Source of the DNA: Polyangiales bacterium
Lineage (GTDB): Bacteria; Myxococcota_A; Polyangia; Polyangiales; Polyangiaceae
Length of the DNA: 64,000 nucleotides
Reading direction: 5' to 3'
Assembly: GCA_038231275.1 (NCBI GenBank)
Contig: JBBRLQ010000012.1
Span: 1-64,000 of the forward strand
Positions 27,949 to 37,587 of the stretch are shown here, in pieces (the stretch's first letter is position 1; each line of letters starts with the position of its first letter). The translations under genes and the position numbers were made by a program. The notes under the pieces were generated by a model. That model was not told the DNA's origin. It was given only the letters and a program-made list of their open reading frames with translations, and made no database searches.

Positions 27949-30399
27949 CTACTGGGCGAGCATCGCGCGGACGCGTTCCAGTAGCTCGGCGGGCGTGAAC
28001 GGCTTCGCGAGAAACCCGGCCAGTCCCTTTCCTGCGAAGTGGCTCGTCGCCTCCTGCTCGGAGTACCCGCTCGAGAGGAGCACGCGGACCGTCGGATCCA
28101 TCTCGCAGAGGCGCCGGAAGGTCTCTTCGCCGCTCATGCGCGGCATCGTGACGTCGAGCACGACGGCGTCGATTCGACCGAGGTTCTGCGCGTAGACCTC
28201 GAGCGCCTCGTCACCGTCGCCCGCCACGAGCACGGTGTAGCCCTGCTGCGCGAGGATGCGTTTCACGACGCTGCGCACGCTCGCGTCGTCGTCGACGACG
28301 AGGACCGTGGCGGCCGACGACGGAGACGGGACGACGCTGACAGCGGGAATCGTCGGCGCATCGACCGCGGGAGGCGCCGCCGGGAAGAGGACCTTGAATG
28401 TCGTCCCCCGGCCGACCTCGCTCTCCACGTCGATCGCGCCGCGGTGCGCGCGCAGGATCCCGAGCGCCGCCGCGAGACCGAGGCCGCGGCCGGTGAACTT
28501 CGTCGAGAAGAAGGGGTCGAAGATCTTCGCGCGCGTCTCGGGCGTCATGCCGGCGCCGTCGTCCGACACTTGCAGGCAAACGTACACGCCGGGCGCGAGC
28601 CGATCGTCCAGGTACGTATCGGCGAGGTGCGCGCGGTCCACGTCGACCAGGCGCGTCGTGACCGTGATCGTGCCGGCGCGCTCGCCGATGGCGTCCGACG
28701 CGTTGGTGATGAGGTTCATCGCCAGCTGCCGGATCTGCGTGGGATCCCCTTCGATCCGGGGCAATTCGTGGCCTAGCGCATACTCGATGCGGACATTCTT
28801 CCCGATCACCGCGGACAGGAGGTGCGCCATCTCCTCGACGACGCGCCCCAGATCGATCCGCGCGATGACGAATCGCCCGCGGCCGGAGTACGCGAGGAGC
28901 TGCCGCGTCAGCTCGCTCGCCCGCAAGGCGGCCGTCTGGATGTCCTCCACGATCGCGCGCACCGGCGACTGCGGCGGAAGCTCCATGAGCGCGACGCCGG
29001 CGTTGCCGAGCACACTGACGAGCAGGTTGTTGAAGTCGTGCGCGACGCCGCCGGCGAGCACGCCCAGGCTCTCGGCCTTCTGCGCGCTCTGGAGCTTCTC
29101 CGCCAACCTCCGCGCTTCGGTGATGTCGCTGACGACGACCAGGATCGCCTCGCGGCCTTGCTCTCCTACGCGGGTGGCGGTCGACGAGTAGCAGACCTCC
29201 CGCCCCGTTCGCGTTCGCGTGGTGTTCTCGAAGCGCGCCGTCGTCCCTGCGAAGCGCAGGGCGAGCCGCTCCTTCAGCGACTCGACATTTTCGGGACGGA
29301 CGAAGTCGAGGTAGCGTTTGCCGACCAGCTCGTCGGGCAGCAAATCGAAGATCTCGCCGAATCGACGGTTCGTGTACGTGAAGACACCATCGCCGTCGAT
29401 GACCGCGATCCCCTCCCGCGTCGTCTCGACGATTTCGCGGTAACGTTTCTCGCTCTCGCGCAGGCGCGCCGCGACGCGCTCTTTGTCGGCGAAGAGGCGC
29501 GCGTTGGCGAGCGCGCCGACCGCGAGATCGGCAATCCCCTTGAGCAGCGCGAGCTCGTCGGGCGAGAGCTCCCGCATCTCGCCATACGTGATGACGTTGA
29601 GGTACCCCAGCACCTCGCCCTGCCGCACGAAACACGCGAACGCGAGCGAGCGCACGTCGTAGGTCTTGATCTTGTCGGAGTGGAGCAGGTTCGGGTCGGC
29701 CTGCATGTCGACGATCTGGGACACGCCGCGCGCGGCCACTTGGATGACCATCGGATACGGCGCCGCGGTCGGCTCGCGGTTGCTGGTGAGACCATGCCCA
29801 TATTGCGCGACGAGATCGCCGGTGGTCGGCTCATAGAGGGCGGCGACCACCGACGGCGCCGACAGGGCGAGCGCCGTCTCCTCGCACACCATCCGCATCG
29901 CGTCGTCCACACGGACGAGGGCGCTGAGCTTCTCGGCGATGCGCATGAGCACCTCGCCGCGTTGCTTCCCGATGCGCAGCTCCTCCTCGCGTCGCACGCG
30001 ATCGGTGACGTCCGTAGTGCACCCCTCGACGCGGACGCGGGCGCCGGTCTCGTCGTAAACGTGGAGCGCGCGCGACGACGCCCACCGGAGCTCGCCACGC
30101 TTGTAGAAACGGAAGTCGAGGGTGTACGTGTCCGGCGCGTCGACGAGCGCGCCCGCAAGTCGCGGCCGGTCATCGGGATGCACGGCGTCGAAGAACGTTT
30201 CGCTCGTGTACGGCGTGTCGGGCCCGAGGCCCAGGAAGGCCTGCGCATTGCGGCTGACGTAGAGCAGCTCGAACGTCCGGGCATCACGGACCCAGACCAT
30301 GTCTCCGAGCGCTTCGACGATCGACGTCGCGGCTGACGGGTCCTCCCCCAACGATCCTTCTCCTCGGCGATTCGGCGGCGCGCGCCAATGCATTGGCAT
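27949..30399 (-). CDS. Hybrid sensor histidine kinase (PAS-GAF-PAS-HisKA-HATPase-REC)
   Basis: H-box GGVAHDFNNLL, N-box NLITNASDA, DDGAGM, FFSTKFTGRGLGL, C-terminal receiver. Start codon uncertain. Confidence 0.93.
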   Translation of the reverse strand: MPMHWRAPPNRRGEGSLGEDPSAATSIVEALGDMVWVRDARTFELLYVSRNAQAFLGLGPDTPYTSETFFDAVHPDDRPRLAGALVDAPDTYTLDFRFYKRGELRWASSRALHVYDETGARVRVEGCTTDVTDRVRREEELRIGKQRGEVLMRIAEKLSALVRVDDAMRMVCEETALALSAPSVVAALYEPTTGDLVAQYGHGLTSNREPTAAPYPMVIQVAARGVSQIVDMQADPNLLHSDKIKTYDVRSLAFACFVRQGEVLGYLNVITYGEMRELSPDELALLKGIADLAVGALANARLFADKERVAARLRESEKRYREIVETTREGIAVIDGDGVFTYTNRRFGEIFDLLPDELVGKRYLDFVRPENVESLKERLALRFAGTTARFENTTRTRTGREVCYSSTATRVGEQGREAILVVVSDITEARRLAEKLQSAQKAESLGVLAGGVAHDFNNLLVSVLGNAGVALMELPPQSPVRAIVEDIQTAALRASELTRQLLAYSGRGRFVIARIDLGRVVEEMAHLLSAVIGKNVRIEYALGHELPRIEGDPTQIRQLAMNLITNASDAIGERAGTITVTTRLVDVDRAHLADTYLDDRLAPGVYVCLQVSDDGAGMTPETRAKIFDPFFSTKFTGRGLGLAAALGILRAHRGAIDVESEVGRGTTFKVLFPAAPPAVDAPTIPAVSVVPSPSSAATVLVVDDDASVRSVVKRILAQQGYTVLVAGDGDEALEVYAQNLGRIDAVVLDVTMPRMSGEETFRRLCEMDPTVRVLLSSGYSEQEATSHFAGKGLAGFLAKPFTPAELLERVRAMLAQ

Positions 30400-30493
30400 A
30401 GTCAACGGGATGACGTCTTCGCAAGCGCTTTGGCGAATGATCGATGGGCGCCAGCGGCCGCAGACGAGGCGCGGCGCTTGCACCGCCACGGGC

Positions 30494-32119
30494 ATGCACA
30501 CGCGAACTCGGCGCCTCGTCGCCTCCGTGAGCACCTGCGACCTCGACCGTGGCCGCGCGATCGCCAAGGACGGTCTCATCCTCCATCGCGACGAGCGGGG
30601 GATCGTAAAGGCCGCGCGAAACCGCTGCCGACACATGGGCGGCACGTTCCAGACCGAGCACGGTTGCCAGCTCAAATGCCCGCGCCACGGCTGGACCCTC
30701 GACGCGTCCACGATGCGCTACGTCAACCCGCAGGGGGATCTCGCGCAAGCGGAGCTCGAGGTCGAGGCCTCAGGCGATCTCCTATACGTCTTCGAGAGGA
30801 CGCCTCATCGGCCGTGGGCCGATCGACTGCCGCGCGAGGCGCTCGCCCGCGGGGAGCTGGTGGTCCGCTTCCTCGCGCACGCGTGCGTCGAGATCACGTG
30901 CGGCGCGAAACGAATCGTCACGGACCCGTGGCTCGTCGGTCCGGCGTTCACACGCGGGTGGTGGCTCGCCCACGAACCGCCGGCCGACGCGTTCGAGCGC
31001 CTCGCGCGCGCCGACGTCGTCTTCATCAGCCACGATCACTCCGATCATCTGAACGAGCACACCCTTCGTCGGCTCGCGGCGATGCGGTCCGACGCGCCGC
31101 TCGTCGTGCCTGGCTTCGCGAGCGGGCGGTGCGAGAGGCTCGTCCGCGCGCTCGGCTTCACGAACGTGACGCGCGCGCCGATCGGCGAATGGGTCCCGCT
31201 CGGTGGCGCGACGCGCCTCATGGTGCTCGGCGACGGCGCCGGGCGCGAGGACTCCGCGCTCCTCGTCGAGCACAAGGGTCACACGGTGCTCGACACCGTC
31301 GACTGCATGAACCCCAACGAGGGCGATCTGCCGGAGGTCGACGTCCTCCTCTCCCAGTTCGCCGGCGGCGCGAGCGGCTACCCGGTCTGCTGGGGCGAGC
31401 TCTACGACGCCGAGCGCGTCGCGCGCATCGTCAAGAAAAACCGCGCCCAGACGCGCGCCTATGTCCTCGATCTGGTGGCCGCGACGAAGCCGCGCGCGTG
31501 GATGCCGATCGCCGGCTACTTCGTGGAGGCGCACCCCGCCGACGCCGACGTGGCGCGCGCCAACCAGAAGAACGATCCCGACGCGATCGCCGAGGCCGTC
31601 TCGTCGCGCTTCCCTCGGGTGCGAACGCACCGCGCGATCCCTGGCGCGGTGATCGATCTCGCCGCGACCGAAGAGCGCGATCCGTCTTCGGAAGCGGGCG
31701 CCGCGCGACCTTCGCACGACGTCGCGCCGTATGTCGCCGCCATCGCCGCCGACGCCGCCCTTCCGGAGCTCGCCACGCTCGAGGGCGTGCAGCGCTACTT
31801 TGACTGGGCGGGATTTCGCGGCGATCTCGTGCTCCACGTGATCGAAACGACCGAGAATTTTCAGGAGATCGTGCGCGAGCTCTTCGTCGACTTCGCCAGC
31901 GGCGAGGTCTCGTCCGCGCGCCCGCCCACCTCCGCGCGCTACGAGCGCATGCGCGTGCGCAGCGACGTGTTCCGCCACGTCCTCCGTCGGGGCGCGTCGT
32001 GGGAGGAGATCAGCATCGGCTTCCAGGCGCGCTTCTACCGAGAGCCGGACGTCTACAACATGGACTTCTGGATGCACTTCCAGCACGCGCTCCCGGAGAC
32101 GCCGGCCTTGCTTGGATGA
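30494..32119 (+). CDS. CMP-N-acetylneuraminate hydroxylase (CMAH)-like protein (Rieske + metallo-beta-lactamase fold)
   Basis: Rieske CRHMGG...CPRHGW; DPWLVGPAFTRGWWL.HEPP; SHDHSDH; FAGGASG.P; AGYFVE.HP.D; YFDWAGF; IGFQ.R...FW.HFQ. These are collinear with animal CMAH as recalled. Confidence 0.85.
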   Translation: MHTRTRRLVASVSTCDLDRGRAIAKDGLILHRDERGIVKAARNRCRHMGGTFQTEHGCQLKCPRHGWTLDASTMRYVNPQGDLAQAELEVEASGDLLYVFERTPHRPWADRLPREALARGELVVRFLAHACVEITCGAKRIVTDPWLVGPAFTRGWWLAHEPPADAFERLARADVVFISHDHSDHLNEHTLRRLAAMRSDAPLVVPGFASGRCERLVRALGFTNVTRAPIGEWVPLGGATRLMVLGDGAGREDSALLVEHKGHTVLDTVDCMNPNEGDLPEVDVLLSQFAGGASGYPVCWGELYDAERVARIVKKNRAQTRAYVLDLVAATKPRAWMPIAGYFVEAHPADADVARANQKNDPDAIAEAVSSRFPRVRTHRAIPGAVIDLAATEERDPSSEAGAARPSHDVAPYVAAIAADAALPELATLEGVQRYFDWAGFRGDLVLHVIETTENFQEIVRELFVDFASGEVSSARPPTSARYERMRVRSDVFRHVLRRGASWEEISIGFQARFYREPDVYNMDFWMHFQHALPETPALLG

Positions 32120-32136
32120 AGCTCCGGGGGACCGTG

Positions 32137-33396
32137 TTAGGGACCGCTCTTCTCCCTCAGGAACCACGTCGTCATCGGGCCCTTGCCCTTCACATCGACC
32201 GTGCCGCGCGGCTCGAATTCGAAGCGGCCTTGGAGCGCGTGCTTGACGGCATCCGTCACGTGGACTTCGCCGGGCACGCCGTGCGACTCCATCCGCGCTG
32301 CCGTGTTCACGGTGTCGCCCCAGAGGTCGTAGGCGAACTTGCGATGGCCAATCACGCCAGCGATCACGGGCCCTGTGTGGATGCCGATGCGTATCGAGAG
32401 TTCGACCCCGTGCTTGCGGGCGAAACGAGCCGGAACGTGCACCATTGCCAGCGCCATTCGCGCGGCCGCTTCGACGTGATCCGGGCGCGGGACTGGGACG
32501 CCCGCTGCCACCATGTACGCGTCACCGATGGTCTTGATCTTCTCGAGACCGAGACGGTCGGCCTCGTCATCGAAGGCCGAGAACACATCATCGAGCAGAG
32601 CGACCAGGGCAACCGGTTCGGTACGCTGTGCGAGCGTCGTGAATCCTACGATGTCGGCGAACAGGATGGTCGCTTCGTCGAAGCTCTCCGCTGGAACGCG
32701 CCCGTCCGCGAGCAGCCGCGCGGCGATGGAAGCCGGAAGGGTGTTGTTCAGCAGCGCCTCGGTTTGCCGGTGCGCTCTTCGGGCCAACTTCTCCGCGTGC
32801 TCCGCCGTGCGGGCGAAGAAGTACGTGACGGCCGAGACGAAGAGGAACGCCGAGACCTCATTGCCCGTGTGCATCTTCGAAAGGAGCGAGGGGGAGAGCG
32901 CAACCGGCGGCGTAGCGCCCTCATAGTGCACCGCCAGCAGCAGGAAAGCGCCGAGGCCCATCACGATGCCTCCCACCGTCACGGCGCGCCGCTCCCAGGG
33001 CATGAGCAGCAGCACCGGTAGGGTCGCGAGGATCCAAAACTGAAACCCGGCGTCGAGCCCGAGGTAGTGCACACACAGCGCTTGATGCGTGGCTACCTCG
33101 CCCACGACGAGCGGGACCGCGATCTGGATCCGTCCTGTCTTCTGCAAGAGCTGGCGCGCCCCAATGAAGACGAGCACGCTAAAGACGTTGTAGACTGCAA
33201 GCGCCGGCACACCGAGAGCCCCGAAGAGCGCGATGAAAGCAGCGTGGATTACGATTCCTCCGACGGAGGCGCGGCGGAGCGTGATGGCGGTGCGCTCGGG
33301 CAAGCCGACCGAGCGCTCGTCGCCCGATAGGGAGGTGAACGTCGTCGCGAATCTCTCGCCTTTCGTTTCGCCGACGGGCAAAGCAGGGCGGGCCAT
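32137..33396 (-). CDS. Membrane-bound class III adenylate/guanylate cyclase
   Basis: N-terminal TM helices; TILFADIVGFT, KIKTIGDAYM, RIGIHTG, YDLWGDTVNTAARMES. Start uncertain. Confidence 0.93.
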   Translation of the reverse strand: MARPALPVGETKGERFATTFTSLSGDERSVGLPERTAITLRRASVGGIVIHAAFIALFGALGVPALAVYNVFSVLVFIGARQLLQKTGRIQIAVPLVVGEVATHQALCVHYLGLDAGFQFWILATLPVLLLMPWERRAVTVGGIVMGLGAFLLLAVHYEGATPPVALSPSLLSKMHTGNEVSAFLFVSAVTYFFARTAEHAEKLARRAHRQTEALLNNTLPASIAARLLADGRVPAESFDEATILFADIVGFTTLAQRTEPVALVALLDDVFSAFDDEADRLGLEKIKTIGDAYMVAAGVPVPRPDHVEAAARMALAMVHVPARFARKHGVELSIRIGIHTGPVIAGVIGHRKFAYDLWGDTVNTAARMESHGVPGEVHVTDAVKHALQGRFEFEPRGTVDVKGKGPMTTWFLREKSGP

Positions 33397-33484
33397 TTCG
33401 CGGCAAGCATCGCATGGCTCGAAGGGGACCTGTGACACTACGCGCGCCGCCACGACGTACGCGGGCCGACTGAGAGCATGGTGC

Positions 33485-33994
33485 GTGCGCTCCGTGGTCG
33501 CGCTCGTTCTGATCGTGCCTCGCGCCGCGAGCGCTGACTTGACCGGTAGCCAGGGCATCCTTGAGCACGTCGATGAGGTGGTCTCCCAACTCGATGTCGC
33601 GGCGCTCGACGCCGATCAGCGGAAGGCACTCCTTGCGGACCGTCTAACGCTCAACCTAGGCCTCCTGGTGCCGGGTTACGGCTCGTATGCGCTGGACACC
33701 AAGGTGTACGGCGAGTTGCGGCCCACGGCGATCCTGTTTGACTGGGTTCTGGGAGGCGTCGCGCCGGTTGGGCTGGCCACGTTGGCGATCGCGGACAACG
33801 ATCTCTCCTCCAGTACCCGAGCCGGATTGGCCTGGTCCGCCGCCGCGCTGTACGTGGCTACACGCCTCGGCGTTCTTATCGTGGGGAACCTTCACATCAG
33901 CGACTACAACGCGGCGATGCGTGTGCGGCTGGGGCTGACGGCCTCGGGCAGGCCACACCGCGGCTGGACGATCGGTGCGACCGCCCAGTGGTAG
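33485..33994 (+). CDS. Hypothetical exported/membrane protein
   Basis: Signal-like N-terminus (..PRAASA), hydrophobic segments, terminal Trp. Start uncertain. Confidence 0.5.
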   Translation: MRSVVALVLIVPRAASADLTGSQGILEHVDEVVSQLDVAALDADQRKALLADRLTLNLGLLVPGYGSYALDTKVYGELRPTAILFDWVLGGVAPVGLATLAIADNDLSSSTRAGLAWSAAALYVATRLGVLIVGNLHISDYNAAMRVRLGLTASGRPHRGWTIGATAQW

Positions 33995-34065
33995 CGCGAC
34001 CCAGCGCACGACGCGCCTACGCGCGGATCTGAGCGAGCGGCTGCGTTCGCGTCGCCTCGAGATCC

Positions 34066-36519
34066 TCAGCGCGGGCACGCCGTGGGGTAGAGGAGGTATT
34101 TGTCGCGCTTCACACGAAACGCCGCGAGCTCCTTGTCCCACGTCGCCTCGATCTCAGGCAGCGTCTTGCCTTGCGCGATCGCGTCGAGCGCCGCGCGGTT
34201 CGCGAGGAGGCGATTCACGTCGTCGAAGTGCCACTTGCCGGCGTGGAGCGTCCGCAAATCGCTGGCCAGCGCGAGGCCGGCGCGTACCGGCTCGAAGCGC
34301 GCGCGATCGGTGACGGTGATGCGAACGCCCGAGCAGCGCTCGCCCTTGTACGGCGCCGCCTGCGGAGTGAAGGTGGTCGCGGCGAACGAGACACCGGGGA
34401 TCCCGCGACCGGTCAGCGCGGCGGCGAGCACAGGCCCGTCGACGAACGGCGCGCCGACGACCTCGAACGGCGTGTCGGTGCCGCGACCGACGGAGAGGTT
34501 CGTCCCCTCGACGAGCCCCACCGCCGGATAGAGGAGCGCCTCGGTGACGCTGCGGAGGTTGGGTGACGGGTTCACCCACGAGAGGCCCGTCGCTTCGAAA
34601 TAGTCGCCGCGCCGCCATCCCTGCGCCGCCACCACGTCGAGCGTCGCGCCGAGGTGGTCCTCCGCATCGAAGAGGAGCGCGAGCTCGCCGATCGTCATCC
34701 CGTGGCGAACGGGCAGCGGGCCGTGGTGCACGAAGCTCTTGGACGCCGCGTCGACGAGCGGACCGGCGACGTCGAGGCCGTCGATCGGATTGGGCCGGTC
34801 GAGGACCATGAAGGCCACGCGCGCGAGGCTGGCCGCCTTCATCGCGCGGCGCAGCGTCGACGGGTACGTGTAGTAGCGCGTGCCGACGTCCTGCACATCG
34901 AAGACGAGGACGTCGAGCCCCTCGAGCGTCTCTGGCGGCGGCGCGAACGTGGCGCCGTAGAGGCTCACGACCGGGAGGCCCGTGGTCGCGTCGCGCCCGT
35001 CGGGGAGGAGCCCCTCCTTGTCGGCGCCGAGGCCGTGCTCCGGCGTGAAGATGCGCACCAGCGTCATGCCCGGCGCGGTCGCGAGGAGATCGATCGTGCG
35101 CGTCCCGTCTTTCGCGCGCCCCGACGCGTTGGTGAGGAGGCCAACCTTCTTCCCGCGCAGGCGCAAAAAACGCTCGGCGCGCAGGACGTCGATCCCCGTC
35201 AGGACGTCGCGCCCGTCGTGCTCGCACGGCGACGGCGTGCGCGCGAGACCTGCGACCTCTGCGGCGATCGTTCCGATTTTCGCCTCGAGCTCGTGGACGG
35301 CGCCGCGCCCGTACGGGTGAACGCGGTTGCTGAGGAAGAGGACGAACAGGTCCGCGTCCGGATCGATCCACAGCGACGTACCGGTGAACCCGCCGTGGCC
35401 GAACGCGTGCCGGGAGAGGCCCTCACCGCGGTGCTTGGTGAACGCGCTCGACATGTCCCAGCCGAGCGCACGGATTCCGCCGGGCACGTCGTGCGGCGCG
35501 AGGAACGCGGCGAAGGTCGACGGTGAGACGACGCGCGCGCCGGAAATCTGGCCTTTCCCGAGCCACGCCTGCGCGAAACGAGACAGGTCGCGCGCGGTGG
35601 AGAAGAGGCCCGCGTGACCCGCGACGCCGCCGAGCGCGTAGGCGCGAGGATCGTGGACCTCGCCCTGCATGAAGCCGGCGTCGGGGCGCATCTCCGTCGG
35701 CGCCGCGCGGGCGCGCATCGGCTCGGGCGGCGTGAACGACGTCTCGCGCATGCCGATCGGCGCGAAGACGTTCTCGGCCGCGAAGGTCGCCACGTCCTTT
35801 CCGCTCACCCGATGGACGAGCTCGGCCAACACCATGAAGCCGACGTCGGAGTAGACGAGGCGCTCGCCGGCGGGCCATCGCGCCGGCGCGTCGAGGATGC
35901 GTCGCCACGCCTCGTCCGGTCCGCGCGCGAAGTCGCTCATCGGGTTGTCGGCGACGAGCCCTCCCACGTGAAGGAGCAGCTGCCGCACGGTGGTGGCCCC
36001 TTTCCCTCCGTGCGCGAACTCGGGAAGGTACGTCGCGACCGGCTCGTCGACGGCGACTTGCCCGCGATCGACGAGCACCATCACGCTGGCCGCCGTCGCG
36101 ATCGGCTTGGTGAGCGACGCGAGATCGAACACGGTGTCGATCTGCATCGGCAGTCGCGCCGGCGCGAGCGCGCGCTGCCCGAAGGCGCGCTTGTAGAGGA
36201 TCTCGTCCTTTCGCCCCACCACGACGACGCAGCCGGGCATCTTGCCCTCGACGAGCGCCGCCTCCGCCGCGGCCGCGATGCCGGCGAAGCGCGGGTCCTC
36301 GACGGAAGGACCCGCGAAGGGATCGGTAGCGGCGCCGTCCGCAGCAAACGCGGTGGCCGCCTCGACGTCGGCGTCGGAAACGAACGCGCCGGCGGCTCCC
36401 GAGGAGACGGGAGCGACCGGCGCGCGGGCATCGGGCGGCGGAGACTCGGCGCAGAACGTCAGGAGCGCGCCGAGGATGATCGGAGCGACGACGAGAGCAG
36501 CGCGAAGCGCGCGGGCCAC
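34066..36519 (-). CDS. Serine hydrolase (beta-lactamase-like) fused to a DUF1343/NamZ-type exo-beta-N-acetylmuramidase
   Basis: FDLASLTK (SxxK), YSD, HGGFTG; then GIDVL, PEHG, DVQDVGTRYYTY, LDRPNP, PSPNL, EGTNLSVGRGT. Confidence 0.9.
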   Translation of the reverse strand: MARALRAALVVAPIILGALLTFCAESPPPDARAPVAPVSSGAAGAFVSDADVEAATAFAADGAATDPFAGPSVEDPRFAGIAAAAEAALVEGKMPGCVVVVGRKDEILYKRAFGQRALAPARLPMQIDTVFDLASLTKPIATAASVMVLVDRGQVAVDEPVATYLPEFAHGGKGATTVRQLLLHVGGLVADNPMSDFARGPDEAWRRILDAPARWPAGERLVYSDVGFMVLAELVHRVSGKDVATFAAENVFAPIGMRETSFTPPEPMRARAAPTEMRPDAGFMQGEVHDPRAYALGGVAGHAGLFSTARDLSRFAQAWLGKGQISGARVVSPSTFAAFLAPHDVPGGIRALGWDMSSAFTKHRGEGLSRHAFGHGGFTGTSLWIDPDADLFVLFLSNRVHPYGRGAVHELEAKIGTIAAEVAGLARTPSPCEHDGRDVLTGIDVLRAERFLRLRGKKVGLLTNASGRAKDGTRTIDLLATAPGMTLVRIFTPEHGLGADKEGLLPDGRDATTGLPVVSLYGATFAPPPETLEGLDVLVFDVQDVGTRYYTYPSTLRRAMKAASLARVAFMVLDRPNPIDGLDVAGPLVDAASKSFVHHGPLPVRHGMTIGELALLFDAEDHLGATLDVVAAQGWRRGDYFEATGLSWVNPSPNLRSVTEALLYPAVGLVEGTNLSVGRGTDTPFEVVGAPFVDGPVLAAALTGRGIPGVSFAATTFTPQAAPYKGERCSGVRITVTDRARFEPVRAGLALASDLRTLHAGKWHFDDVNRLLANRAALDAIAQGKTLPEIEATWDKELAAFRVKRDKYLLYPTACPR

Positions 36520-36537
36520 CCGTTCAGAGTACCCGAA

Positions 36538-37464
36538 TCAGTGCGAAACGCAGGCTCCCTGCTTGTTCGACCACTCGAGCTGCACCGTGTAGCCGGCCAC
36601 GGTCGCCGCGGTGCCGTTGCAGATGTCGCCAATCTCGCCGTTGGCGTTGTCGTACCAAGCGAGCGGGGGGCCCGCGGTCTTGGCGAGACCCACCGCCGCG
36701 TCGGTCACCGCCTCGATCATCTCGTGCGACGACACCTCGGTGACGTTGTTGTCCGGCGTTCCGGCGCCGCAACCGTTCTGGCAGCCGTCGTGGTCGAGGT
36801 CGGGGATGACGCCGTAGAACACGTACTTGCCGGACTGCTTGAAGGTGCCGTGGTACGCGCAGAACTGGACGCACGACGCGCCGGCGCCGCCCGGCCCGGT
36901 GATGTGCATGCCCGGCGGGAAGTGCACCATGTAGAGGTTGTTCACGCCGTCCGTCTTGGGGAGGTGCCCGGCGGTGATCTGCTTGGTGATCTCGCGCTGG
37001 ATCGTCTTGTCGGTGATCGTCTTCGACGTCGTGCTCGGCGTGATGACGTGCGCGCCCTGGAACGAGCCGCGGCCGATCGACTGCGTGCTGGTGTTGTACT
37101 CCTTGAGCCAGTCGAAATAGGCGCTCTGCGTGATCGCGCCGTAAAACGCGTTGAGGTGCGCCTGGTGCGCGGCGCCGGCGCCCCAGTAGACGGCGATGAC
37201 CTTGACCGACGGGATGACCGGGCCGCCGTAGTAGGTGAGGTGCGCGCCGGCGGGGGCCGCGCTCTGGATGGGGGCGGCCTGATCGACGCCGAGGAGGGGC
37301 ATCGTGTGGACGCGGTTCGAGGACTCCATGTCGAGCGCGGAGTCGATCGCGAGGTCACTGTCCGACGACGCGGCGTTCTCCTCGCCGGGCGCGGACGCGC
37401 ACGCGGCAAGCGAGAGACCCAACCCGACCGTCACGACACCGAGGCTCTTGCACGCGTGAATCAT
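36538..37464 (-). CDS. Secreted lipoprotein, Phi-1/EXORDIUM-related with an HEMIE motif
   Basis: Lipobox LAAC; LTYYGGPVI, FCAYH, SHEMIEAVTD, WYD...GEIGDIC, VQLEWSN. Confidence 0.6.
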   Translation of the reverse strand: MIHACKSLGVVTVGLGLSLAACASAPGEENAASSDSDLAIDSALDMESSNRVHTMPLLGVDQAAPIQSAAPAGAHLTYYGGPVIPSVKVIAVYWGAGAAHQAHLNAFYGAITQSAYFDWLKEYNTSTQSIGRGSFQGAHVITPSTTSKTITDKTIQREITKQITAGHLPKTDGVNNLYMVHFPPGMHITGPGGAGASCVQFCAYHGTFKQSGKYVFYGVIPDLDHDGCQNGCGAGTPDNNVTEVSSHEMIEAVTDAAVGLAKTAGPPLAWYDNANGEIGDICNGTAATVAGYTVQLEWSNKQGACVSH

Positions 37465-37587
37465 GTTCGACCGCTCCTCGCTCGAAGTTGCTGGGTGCCT
37501 TCGAGCGGCGGCAGCTAACGCCGGTGGGGCTTCGTCGTCCATCGTGTTTCACCCGCCGAAATCACTTTGGTGCGGTAGAAGGCGAGC

